Shown one piece after another: positions 18,453 to 27,309 of a DNA stretch of 64,000 nucleotides. Origin of the DNA: Chloroflexota bacterium (lineage in GTDB: Bacteria > Bacteroidota > Ignavibacteria > Kapaibacteriales > UBA2268); contig JBLNBN010000039.1 of NCBI GenBank assembly GCA_050260015.1, positions 93,944 to 157,943 on the forward strand. Reading direction: 5' to 3'. The position numbers were made by a program, and so were the translations under genes. Position 1 is the stretch's first letter; every line of letters starts with the position of its first letter. The notes under the pieces were generated by a model. That model was not told where the DNA came from. It saw only the letters and a program-made list of their open reading frames with translations, and made no database searches.

Positions 18453-19997
18453 ATGTACTCGCTAATTTACTCCGGCTCTACGTACGGAGTCGACGCATTT
18501 ACCGTGGAAATTGAGACGCACCTGGACAACGCGGTGCCGGCCTTCGCCATAGTCGGCCTACCCGACTCGTCCGTAAAGGAATCGCGCGAACGCGTAACGG
18601 CGGCTATAAAGAATTCCTCGTTCGCATTCCCGAGCAAGAAAATAACCGTAAACCTGGCCCCGGCGGACGTCCGCAAGGAGGGTAGCGGCTTTGACCTTCC
18701 GATCGCGCTTGGAGTGCTGACGTCGGTCTCAATTCTGCCAAGGGAATGCTCGGAAAGGACTATATTCCTCGGCGAACTGGCGCTCGACGGCTCCTTAAGG
18801 CCAGTTCACGGCGCGCTGCCAATATCTATTCGCGCCGCCCGCGACGGTTTTAAGAGGATCGTTCTCCCCGTCGAAAACTCCGAGGAAGCCGCGCTGGTCG
18901 GGGGAATTGATTCCATCCCGGTCCGAAGCCTGGAGGAGGCCGTCAAATTTATAACCGGCGAATTAGACATCGCTCCCTGTAAGGTCGATTTAAACGCAAT
19001 CTTCGAGCAGGTCGGCGACGTCCACCAGGTGGATCTCTCGGACGTCAAGGGGCAGGAGAACGTCAAGCGCGCTATCGAGATAGCGGCCGCCGGCGGGCAT
19101 AATATGCTAATGATAGGCCCTCCCGGCTCCGGCAAAACTATGATCGCAAAGCGAATCTCCACCGTTCTGCCGCCTCTCACGCTCGAGGAAGCCCTGGAAA
19201 CCACTAAGATACATTCCATAGCGGGCATGCTTGGCAGCGCCGCGCTCATCACCCGGCGGCCATTCCGCTCGCCTCACCACACGATCTCCGACGCGGCCCT
19301 CGTCGGCGGGGGAGTGAATAAAATCCGGCCCGGCGAAATTTCGCTCGCCCACCACGGCGTGCTGTTCATGGACGAGCTTCCCGAGTTCGCCCGCAATGTG
19401 CTCGAAGTTCTTCGGCAGCCGCTCGAGGACAAGCGCATCACTATCTCGCGCACGAAGATGAATATCGATTATCCTGCGAATTTTATGCTGGTTTGCTCGA
19501 TGAACCCCTGCCCGTGCGGCAACTTTAACGATCCGACCAAGGAATGCTCCTGCACCTCTACCCAGATAAAGCGTTACCTGAGCCGCATCTCCGGGCCGCT
19601 GCTCGACAGGATCGATCTGCACGTCGAAGTGCCCGCAGTTAAGTACCAGGACCTTTCCTCGAAGCGGGTGGGCGAGAAGTCCGTAACGATCCGCGATAGG
19701 GTCGTCGAGGCGAGGAAACGCCAGATAAAGAGGTTCGAAGGCGAAGCGAAGACATTTAAAAATTCGGATATGAGCTCGAAGCAGATGAGGAAATATTGCG
19801 TCCTGGACGATGCGAGCCAGAGCCTGCTTAAGATGGCTATCGAAAAGCTGGGATTCTCCGCGCGCGCTTACGACAGGATAATTAAAATAGCGCGCACTAT
19901 TGCCGACCTCGCCGGTTCGGAGAATATTCGCAGCGAGCACGTAAGCGAAGCGATCCAATACCGCAGCCTGGACCGCGACTACTGGAACGGAATCTAA
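18453..19997 (+). CDS. yifB: YifB/ComM-family Mg-chelatase-like AAA+ ATPase
   Basis: Lon-like N-domain. Walker A 'MLMIGPPGSGKT'. C-terminal Cys-containing region. 514 aa. Confidence 0.9.
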   Translation: MYSLIYSGSTYGVDAFTVEIETHLDNAVPAFAIVGLPDSSVKESRERVTAAIKNSSFAFPSKKITVNLAPADVRKEGSGFDLPIALGVLTSVSILPRECSERTIFLGELALDGSLRPVHGALPISIRAARDGFKRIVLPVENSEEAALVGGIDSIPVRSLEEAVKFITGELDIAPCKVDLNAIFEQVGDVHQVDLSDVKGQENVKRAIEIAAAGGHNMLMIGPPGSGKTMIAKRISTVLPPLTLEEALETTKIHSIAGMLGSAALITRRPFRSPHHTISDAALVGGGVNKIRPGEISLAHHGVLFMDELPEFARNVLEVLRQPLEDKRITISRTKMNIDYPANFMLVCSMNPCPCGNFNDPTKECSCTSTQIKRYLSRISGPLLDRIDLHVEVPAVKYQDLSSKRVGEKSVTIRDRVVEARKRQIKRFEGEAKTFKNSDMSSKQMRKYCVLDDASQSLLKMAIEKLGFSARAYDRIIKIARTIADLAGSENIRSEHVSEAIQYRSLDRDYWNGI

Positions 19998-20019
19998 ACT
20001 TGCCCGTATGATTCTCTCC

Positions 20020-20066
20020 AAAATAAAAAAGGGACGCCCTGGGAAGCGTCCCTTTAATAATTTTAT
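20020..20066. terminator. Bidirectional terminator between convergent yifB and SPOR genes
   Basis: AAGGGACGC (20029-20037) / GCGTCCCTT (20046-20054), flanked by an A-run and a T-rich run. Confidence 0.65.
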
Positions 20067-20080
20067 TCGATATCGAATTT

Positions 20081-20935
20081 TTACTTTTTATATATCACGG
20101 TTTCGCATTTGCATTGCTGCTCGACGAGTATCTTAGCGGATTCGGCGGCTTCGCGGCTTGAATAATTACCTATGATCACGGCCCATCCTCTCGCGCCTTC
20201 GACGTTCTTTTCCTCGATGTCCGCTCGGAACCTAAGCGACTGGAAACGCTGCATCTCCGCTTCGGCGGCTCCGTGCGAATTGAATACGCCCGCCTGCAAG
20301 CCCCAACGCTCTACCGACGAAGCTTTTACCGTTTCGGTCTTGGGCGCCGTCCTGGCTGCTTCGCTCTTAGGCTCGGGCGTTTCCTTTTTCGCGTCAGGCT
20401 TTGCCGTAGTAGCTGAAACTTCTTTTAGCGATACTTTGCTTTGGCCGTCCGGCTTTTCCTCGGGAGTTTTCGCTCTGTCCAGCTTTGTCTTCTCGAGGAT
20501 GATTGCGCTGAAGACTACGTCTGTCGCCGGTCCAAGAAAGGGCGAAGTCGGGAAGCGGCGTCGGAAATTATCTAATTCGTATTGAGCTTTGGGGATGTCG
20601 CCGGTCAGGGCGTGGAACTGCACGATCCTCCAATAGGCGTCGTCCGCCCAGGGACTGTCGGGATGATTCTGAACGATGTCGAGATATATTTCCATGGCCT
20701 TGTAAGCGTCCTCGATGACTACCGCCTGGAGAAGCTTAACCCCGACGTCGTTCGGGTATTGAGCGAGCAGGTCGGCTATCTTAAGCTTTACTTCGCTGCG
20801 CCTGCCGGTCGCGACCATCTTTAGGTACTGCTCTATTTTAGGAGCGTTCTGCTTGGTGTCCTGCTTTTCCGCAGGCGGCGTCGCGCTAAGAATTGTCGAG
20901 CCGAGCCAAATCGCTATTATGATGAGATTTTTCAT
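20081..20935 (-). CDS. Secreted TPR-like / SPOR-domain protein
   Basis: Signal peptide. Helical N-terminal half. C-terminal SPOR-like 'WGLQAGVFNSHGAAEAEMQRF...WAVIIGNYSSREAAE'. Confidence 0.6.
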   Translation of the reverse strand: MKNLIIIAIWLGSTILSATPPAEKQDTKQNAPKIEQYLKMVATGRRSEVKLKIADLLAQYPNDVGVKLLQAVVIEDAYKAMEIYLDIVQNHPDSPWADDAYWRIVQFHALTGDIPKAQYELDNFRRRFPTSPFLGPATDVVFSAIILEKTKLDRAKTPEEKPDGQSKVSLKEVSATTAKPDAKKETPEPKSEAARTAPKTETVKASSVERWGLQAGVFNSHGAAEAEMQRFQSLRFRADIEEKNVEGARGWAVIIGNYSSREAAESAKILVEQQCKCETVIYKK

Positions 20936-21314
20936 GTTCCCCCCGGATTTATTTCGAAATTAGAACTCAAAATTACTAATTTTCTTCATATGTTATAAAG
21001 CAAAATCCATGCCTAAATATTTATTGTTGTTTTTGCCCTGAAATGTAGTAATTATAGCGACTTAAAGAAAATATTGAATAAAATCGCGCCGAAAAAAATA
21101 AAGCTTAATATAACAATAATCATTATTATTGCGTTAACTATTCTTCATAAGAACGCCGTAACTCGTTGATATGGACGGCGTCGCAAAATTAGTTAAATAG
21201 GATAATAATATCTTATTTTATTGTCTTTAAAATAGTTATTTAAGTTTTTGGATAAAAAATTGCAAATTACAATCAAGGAAAAACCACCTTTAATAATAAC
21301 AATTTTGGGTCGAT

Positions 21315-23123
21315 ATGAACAACGTCGCAACTGATATTCTGGTTAAGGACGGCATATTGGAAATTTTGCCGTTCAATGCAGCAATAATCGATAGCCATTA
21401 CCGAATTATACGTGCGAACAAAGGTTTCGAAAATGATTTCGGAGCCTGGGATGGAAAACGATGTTACGAAGCTTGCCGCCGCGAAAAAGCTCCATGCTCC
21501 CACTGCCGCGTTCAAAACGTGCTGCGCGAAGGCAAGAATTACTCGACAAAGGATTCGTTGCTAAATAAAAACTGCGGATTAACCCAGTACTCTATAAGGT
21601 TCTCCCCCCTTACTACTCCCGAGGGCGATTACGTTATGATCATTTACTTTAACGAAAACGAAGAGGCTTTATGGCAACGCGAATACAATTTGCTGTTCGA
21701 GAAAGTTCCTTCAATGATTTCAGTGATCGATCGGGAGTTCAATATCGTACGCATAAACGATAGGTTCCGTTCGTGCTTCGGGGATATGCGCGGTAAAAAG
21801 TGCTTCGAAGCGTACAAGAGGAAAGGTACCGAATGCCTTGGATGCCCCGCCGTGGAAACGTTTAACGACGGCCTGGAGCATACCGGCGCGCTCGCGCTGA
21901 ACAACTTGCGGGGCGAAAAGTCGCAGTTCGTCGTTACGACCGTCCCGCTTGCATACGACGATGAAGGCGTCTCGCTCATAATGGAAATCGGCACGGACAT
22001 TACGGAAATAATGAAGTTACAGGAGCAATTGCGCAATTCCCATGATTTTTGCACTACGCTGCTGAACAACTCCAGCGACGCTATAATCGCGCTCGATAAA
22101 AAGGGCAAGGTCCTTATTTTCAACGACTCGATCCAGGAATTGCTCGACTGGAAACAACCCCGCCGACCGGGCATAAACCAGATCGCAGAAATAATGCCTA
22201 AAGAATTTTTCGACGATCCCGACGAAGACGGGGCAATCGCGCGAGATTTAAAAGCCCTGTTAACGGCTCCTTCCGGCGAAAATATACCCGTCACGCTTTC
22301 CGCTTACGAACTGCGCTACAAAAAGCAGACTATGGGCAGGGTGGCTTTCATTACGGACGAACGCCCAAAGATTGATTTTGAAAAGAGAAAGATTGAGAAC
22401 GAACGCCAATCGCGCGCCCGGATATTCGGCTCGCTGAACGAGAAAATTAGCGGCATGCTTCACGTCATCGACGAGGACGTTAGCTCGCTCGGCAAAGCCA
22501 TCGACGGCGAAGAGCGGGATTGCGAAAAGATAATGACGAGCTACAGGCAATTAAAGAACAATTTTGAAAATACGCTCGACATAGTTGGGATATACATGAA
22601 GTACGCCGAGGACCCGCGTCCAAGATTCCAGCTTATCGACGCGGAAACGCTTATTTACGGCATGATTAATCGGCTTGAGGAATGGCTGCGCAGCAAGAAT
22701 ATTCATATTATTTCAGAGATCCGGCTGCCTATCGAGCCGAGCTATTTTAACATTGAGGCGTTCGAGGATTTCTTTAAGATACTCGTGACAAACGCATGCA
22801 CCATAGCCCCATGGAATTCTAAAAATCCAGTAAGCCTGAAGTTGAGAGTAGTTCAAAAAGGCGACGAGATCCTGATGGACATCTACGAATTGCCCTACGA
22901 GATGGAGGCGAGCAAGGAAATTGAATTAGACAGCTTCCGAAGAGATATCCAGTTCGGTTTAGCGACCGCCGAGCTAATCGCAGGCGACCACGGAGCAATA
23001 CTCGAACGCTCCTCCGACAAAGACTGGAGCAAGCTCTTCCGACTTCGTATATCGCGTAAGAAATCCGAAGAGTTCGCCCGTTACTTTAACGAAATGCGCG
23101 TTAGGGAAGCCGCTCAAGGGTGA
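21315..23123 (+). CDS. Cytoplasmic sensor protein with two tandem Cys-rich PAS-like domains, a third PAS domain and a degenerate GHKL ATPase-like C-terminus (possible atypical histidine kinase)
   Basis: Internal repeat: 'GKRCYEACRREKAPCSHCRVQNVL' (C-x3-C-x7-C-x2-C) and 'GKKCFEAYKRKGTECLGCPAVETF'. PAS 'LLNNSSDAIIALDKKGKVLIF'. G2-box-like 'GLATAELIAGDHGAIL' but no G1 box. Confidence 0.55.
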   Translation: MNNVATDILVKDGILEILPFNAAIIDSHYRIIRANKGFENDFGAWDGKRCYEACRREKAPCSHCRVQNVLREGKNYSTKDSLLNKNCGLTQYSIRFSPLTTPEGDYVMIIYFNENEEALWQREYNLLFEKVPSMISVIDREFNIVRINDRFRSCFGDMRGKKCFEAYKRKGTECLGCPAVETFNDGLEHTGALALNNLRGEKSQFVVTTVPLAYDDEGVSLIMEIGTDITEIMKLQEQLRNSHDFCTTLLNNSSDAIIALDKKGKVLIFNDSIQELLDWKQPRRPGINQIAEIMPKEFFDDPDEDGAIARDLKALLTAPSGENIPVTLSAYELRYKKQTMGRVAFITDERPKIDFEKRKIENERQSRARIFGSLNEKISGMLHVIDEDVSSLGKAIDGEERDCEKIMTSYRQLKNNFENTLDIVGIYMKYAEDPRPRFQLIDAETLIYGMINRLEEWLRSKNIHIISEIRLPIEPSYFNIEAFEDFFKILVTNACTIAPWNSKNPVSLKLRVVQKGDEILMDIYELPYEMEASKEIELDSFRRDIQFGLATAELIAGDHGAILERSSDKDWSKLFRLRISRKKSEEFARYFNEMRVREAAQG

Positions 23124-23478
23124 CGTAAGCCGCGGCGTTAATTTCAGTGTGGGAAAGCGTAACGTGGCACTTCAAGGCGCCGTACTTCTCCCTGGTCTCG
23201 CCTTCGAGAATTGCGTAAGGCTTGCCGCCGGCCTCGTTTGCGATAGAAAAATCCTTGAACTTAAATCCTTTAGTAATGCCCGTGCCGATGGCTTTGCTGA
23301 AGGCTTCCTTCGCGGCGAACCGCGCCGCGTAATGCAAAGCGCTTTTCTCGCCGTAGCTGTCGCAGTAGCTTCTTTCGGCGTCCGTGAATATTCTCGCAAG
23401 AAATCGTTCGCCGTAGCTAATTACGGATTGGCGAATGCGGTCAACTTCGACTATATCAATGCCGATCCCGTATATCAT
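23101..23478 (-). CDS. acpS: Holo-[acyl-carrier-protein] synthase
   Basis: 'MIYGIGIDIVEVDRI', 125 aa. Confidence 0.9.
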   Translation of the reverse strand: MIYGIGIDIVEVDRIRQSVISYGERFLARIFTDAERSYCDSYGEKSALHYAARFAAKEAFSKAIGTGITKGFKFKDFSIANEAGGKPYAILEGETREKYGALKCHVTLSHTEINAAAYVTLERLP

Positions 23479-23531
23479 ACTGATTAGTTCCTTAATAATT
23501 TGTTTCTCTTAAGCGCATAAGCGCGGAACGG

Positions 23532-24290
23532 CTATTGGGCGACGCGATTATTTCTATAATCGACTACGTCCGCTAGCAGCTTTGGTAAAACTTCTCCCGA
23601 CGTCCCCATTAGATGCGCGTCGGCATAGGGAGTTAGTGAAGTCCGGTTTACGTTTATCTCGACGACGAACGCGCCGCGTCTTTTTGCTAGAAGGGGCAAG
23701 CCTGCGGCCGGGTAGACGTCCGCCGACGTGCCTATCGAGAAGAAGACCTCCGCATTTTCCGCGGCGGCTTCCGCTTTAATGAGCGCCTCTTCGGGCAGGT
23801 TCTCGCCGAACCAAACGACGGCCGGGCGGACGAGTCCGCCGCAGCTTTCGCAACGCGGCAAGGAGCCGTCTTCGAAGCGCGTTTCGCCGACGTAGGGCCT
23901 GTGGCATTTAAAGCAGCGATTGTCCACTATATTGCCGTGCAATTCCACGACGTCGTGGGAGCCCGCCCGCGCATGCAGGCGATCGATGTTTTGAGTGATA
24001 AGCGTAAAGCTCTTAAAAAGCTCTTCCATCCGGGCAAGAGCGTAATGCCCTGGGTTCGGGCGGCTTTCGTCGATAACGGAGCGTCGGCTCTCGTACCAGG
24101 CCCAGACGCGATCCGGATTGGACATAAAGCCTTCGATAGAGGCCAGTTCGCGCGGGTTAAACTGCTGCCAGAGCCCCCCGGGGTCGCGAAAAGTTGCTAT
24201 CCCGCTCTCGGCGGATACCCCCGCCCCCGTGAGAGCGGCCACGCGCTCCGCCGAGGCGAGCTTTGAAACTAAAGTTTGATATGAATCCAT
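23532..24290 (-). CDS. cobB: NAD-dependent protein deacylase (Sir2/CobB)
   Basis: 'GAGVSAESGIATFRDPGGLW'. Zn-ribbon 'CFKCH...CESCGG'. 'VVWFGE'. Confidence 0.9.
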   Translation of the reverse strand: MDSYQTLVSKLASAERVAALTGAGVSAESGIATFRDPGGLWQQFNPRELASIEGFMSNPDRVWAWYESRRSVIDESRPNPGHYALARMEELFKSFTLITQNIDRLHARAGSHDVVELHGNIVDNRCFKCHRPYVGETRFEDGSLPRCESCGGLVRPAVVWFGENLPEEALIKAEAAAENAEVFFSIGTSADVYPAAGLPLLAKRRGAFVVEINVNRTSLTPYADAHLMGTSGEVLPKLLADVVDYRNNRVAQ

Positions 24291-24898
24291 AGCGGATACT
24301 TTCTAAAGATTGGACAAAAGCGAAAGCGCTCCAGGAGTAGACGAGCGAGGGCATAGCTTCATTATTGAAAAGACAATAAAAAAACGGTAAATTCTTTTTA
24401 ATAAACTTGACGCTATTATATATGTTAAGGGAGCGCTCATGGCGCCGTAAAATAAAAAATGACAAAACGCATTAATAAATGCGCATTAACTCCGTATGAA
24501 TTTTAGGTGAATCAAAAGGCGAAAAATAATATTTACTTCTAAGTCCTTGTAATGATAACTACTACAAATGAAGCGCGAGTTTAAAAAAAAAAAATTATTG
24601 TTATGAAATTAGAGTGAAACTTATTACTTTTAGAATGGAAATTACACTAAAACATTTAAGAAATCACGAAACCGTTAAAAATCTTTTGCATAATAGCGAC
24701 AATTGAAATAAATTGTAAAGCTATAAAATGCAATATTAAATAAAGACGACAGAATGCGCGGGTCGATGCCCTTCCCGCGCGCAGACTAACGCGGGAAGTT
24801 GGCGCAACCGAAGCGCGCCAACCCATGAAGAAAACAATATATATATTTAATTAATAAACGCTGGCTTATGCCAAAGCCAAGCGAAATGGAGGAATAAG

Positions 24899-27172
24899 AT
24901 GTCAAAAGGCGGTGGAGCAGGCAAGGTGTACTTTGTGCTTTACCTTGCGGTTGTTCTTGAATTGCTTATCATCATCGTCGAGCGCGACGAAGCCGAAGAA
25001 GGCTTGCATAAGAAGCAAAAGGAAACGATGAAAATCGTTGAATCCATTCTCTCCCAGCTTCAGTCGGGCGCAGGAACGGAAGGCATTAACACCCGTCCGC
25101 AAGACGAAATCACCATACCCCCGTCGGGCGTTAACCTGAAGGACGTTATGGGCGCGGATATTAAATCCTTCCGTAAATACCTCGTAGAAGTCGGCGTTAC
25201 CGACGTCAGCGCGGCTATTAAACGTAAAGAGGGCGAAACGGAGAAAGAGCATACGCTTCGTATCCAGAAACTTGTCGAACTCGCTAACGTCGACCAGCTG
25301 CAATATCAAGTTTTCTTTAATTCGAGCCAGGACCCGGCTTCCGCGCCAATATTCCCTACGGAAGAGGCGCTTAAAGACCAGGGGATTGACTTTATGACGC
25401 TCGGCGTTGGAGCTTCCGTTTCCGATCCCCGCGAACCCGGTTCCACGTGGGAATTTATGGGCGTCCAGGAATTACTGCTCGATAAAGAAGCTACTTTTAA
25501 TAATTTAGACTTGAGAAACCTTACGGCTTCTTCTCTCGCACCGATTTACAAATCGAAGATCATTCATGGCCCTTCGTTTGTCCCAAGCGGTCAGGGCGAG
25601 GATAAAGCCTTCTATTATAATGACACCCTTTCGCGCAAGAGCCTTGCCGCGGGTACCAGCATGAAAAAACGCGTATTCGAAGTTAACTTCCAGCCGCCGA
25701 ACAGACCGGGTTGGTACAAGCTTCGCTTCGCTTCGCGCACGAACAGGATCCTCGGTATCAGCGCGGCCGTTAAGCCCGCCGAGCTGAGCGACGAAGCCAC
25801 GGTTAACATCGGCACCGTCCAATTAACCGTTCGCGACCTCCGCCGCGTTCAAAAAGAGCTTTCGAACACCCTGGAGAAATATCAATTACCCGCTGGCGAA
25901 GTTCTTATCGTCGAGCAGAACATTGATAAATTCGAAACTGGCCTCGAACGCTCCCGCAACCTGGCAATGAAGGACGACAACGCTTCGGAAGTAATCGGTA
26001 AGATCAATTTATATGGATATATCATTAAGCTCCTCGCTCCCGGTCAATCGATCAACTTCGAACAGAACAAGGGCGCAATGGAATTCAATATCCGCGTCAT
26101 CACGCCGAAGCCCCAGCTCGCCGAGCCTGCTATCGTTATGCAGACCTACGTAGCAAGCTTCGACAAGGTGGCTGCCGCCTTCGAATTCTCCGTCAGCCCC
26201 TACCAGGAAGGCCAGAACGCAATCGAAGGTCGCGTAATCGATAACAACAAGGCTACGGTAGCCCGCATTACGTTCCAACCCCGCGACCAGATCGCAGGCT
26301 CCGGCGTAACGGCCCCCGTTCGCGGCGGCACGCGTCTCTACCAGGGAACCGTCTCGCAGAATCTCTCGCCGGGCAAGTACCAGATAGAGATCGTTCATAA
26401 GCTGAGCGGAAAGTCCCGCACGGAAGTCGGCGACCTCGAGATCTTCCCGACGCGCCTGACCCCGGAAAGCGAGAAAGGAATAAAAGACCGCTTTAGGGCC
26501 TATACGTTCTATGGATATCCCGTACAGATAAACGCTGTGCCCAGCTCCGGCGGTAAGATCAAGCCTGACCAGTTCAGACTTTACATAACGACGGACAACA
26601 ACTCGCAACGTCCTCCTATACAGGGCCTGGTAACGGAGAAAGACAACGTGCTTACTCTTACTCCGGAGTCGAAGAAGGTCAGCTTGCGCGTAACCTGGAT
26701 ACAGCCGTTCACCGGCCAGGAAGTCGACCTGCTCCCGACTATTACGGAAGACATCAAGCAGGAAGAGCCGAAGATCTCGGTTAGAAACCTCTCTCCGGAC
26801 ATAACCGGTACGGCGGCCACCGTTAAGATCACCGTTCGCGGCATACAGATATCGCCTCCCGGAACGGGCAGCAACAAGGATGCTAACATACAGGTTAGAA
26901 TCGCGGGCGAACCTAAGGTCGACATAACGGGCTACACCTCGAAGATCGAACCTACGATCGACGAAGAAGGCGAAGGCAAGTACACGATCTACCTTGAATT
27001 GGGCGGCAAGCTCGAGCGCGGCAAGGACAAGATAAGCGGCACGGTAATAATACCGATCTCGGCCGTAGCTATCAACCCGATCAACGGCGTTCGAAGCGAT
27101 CCTCAACCGCAGCAGATACAGGTACCGATTAACTTCTCGCCGGACCGCGGCGGACCTCAAAGAAGAAGGTAA
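24899..27172 (+). CDS. Bitopic inner-membrane protein with large periplasmic beta-rich region (757 aa)
   Basis: Single TM 'VYFVLYLAVVLELLIIIV' with an embedded Glu. GGAGG Shine-Dalgarno 8 nt upstream. Arg-rich C-terminus 'PQRRR'. No known domain recognised. Confidence 0.6.
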   Translation: MSKGGGAGKVYFVLYLAVVLELLIIIVERDEAEEGLHKKQKETMKIVESILSQLQSGAGTEGINTRPQDEITIPPSGVNLKDVMGADIKSFRKYLVEVGVTDVSAAIKRKEGETEKEHTLRIQKLVELANVDQLQYQVFFNSSQDPASAPIFPTEEALKDQGIDFMTLGVGASVSDPREPGSTWEFMGVQELLLDKEATFNNLDLRNLTASSLAPIYKSKIIHGPSFVPSGQGEDKAFYYNDTLSRKSLAAGTSMKKRVFEVNFQPPNRPGWYKLRFASRTNRILGISAAVKPAELSDEATVNIGTVQLTVRDLRRVQKELSNTLEKYQLPAGEVLIVEQNIDKFETGLERSRNLAMKDDNASEVIGKINLYGYIIKLLAPGQSINFEQNKGAMEFNIRVITPKPQLAEPAIVMQTYVASFDKVAAAFEFSVSPYQEGQNAIEGRVIDNNKATVARITFQPRDQIAGSGVTAPVRGGTRLYQGTVSQNLSPGKYQIEIVHKLSGKSRTEVGDLEIFPTRLTPESEKGIKDRFRAYTFYGYPVQINAVPSSGGKIKPDQFRLYITTDNNSQRPPIQGLVTEKDNVLTLTPESKKVSLRVTWIQPFTGQEVDLLPTITEDIKQEEPKISVRNLSPDITGTAATVKITVRGIQISPPGTGSNKDANIQVRIAGEPKVDITGYTSKIEPTIDEEGEGKYTIYLELGGKLERGKDKISGTVIIPISAVAINPINGVRSDPQPQQIQVPINFSPDRGGPQRRR

Positions 27173-27183
27173 CGCTTAGAAGC

Positions 27184-27231
27184 GCGCAAAGCGCCCCGAA
27201 TTTGAACGGGGCGCTCTGCGCAGCTTTTTTC
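27184..27231 (+). terminator. Rho-independent terminator after the 757-aa membrane protein gene
   Basis: 14-bp stem GCGCAAAGCGCCCC / GGGGCGCTCTGCGC with one mismatch, followed by AGCTTTTTT. Confidence 0.6.
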
Positions 27232-27309
27232 ATTAGATAACAACTAAAAAATAAACGCTCCGTGTCTTATAAATTTTATAGAACCGTGAAAATTAAGGGC
27301 ATAAATAAA

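Noticed and set aside
19107-20021. 304 aa antisense ORF overlapping yifB
   Set aside because: Arg-rich with no motifs. The opposite strand encodes a well-conserved Mg-chelatase-like ATPase.
23532-24290. Sir2 domain protein as a possible anti-phage defence SIR2 effector
   Set aside because: It has the CobB-type Zn-ribbon (CxxC...CxxC) and a complete NAD pocket. It sits beside acpS in a housekeeping context, so a protein deacylase rather than a defence NADase.
26009-27160. 383 aa antisense ORF within the 757 aa membrane-protein gene
   Set aside because: Extremely Arg/Leu-rich repetitive translation with no RBS. An artefact of codon composition.
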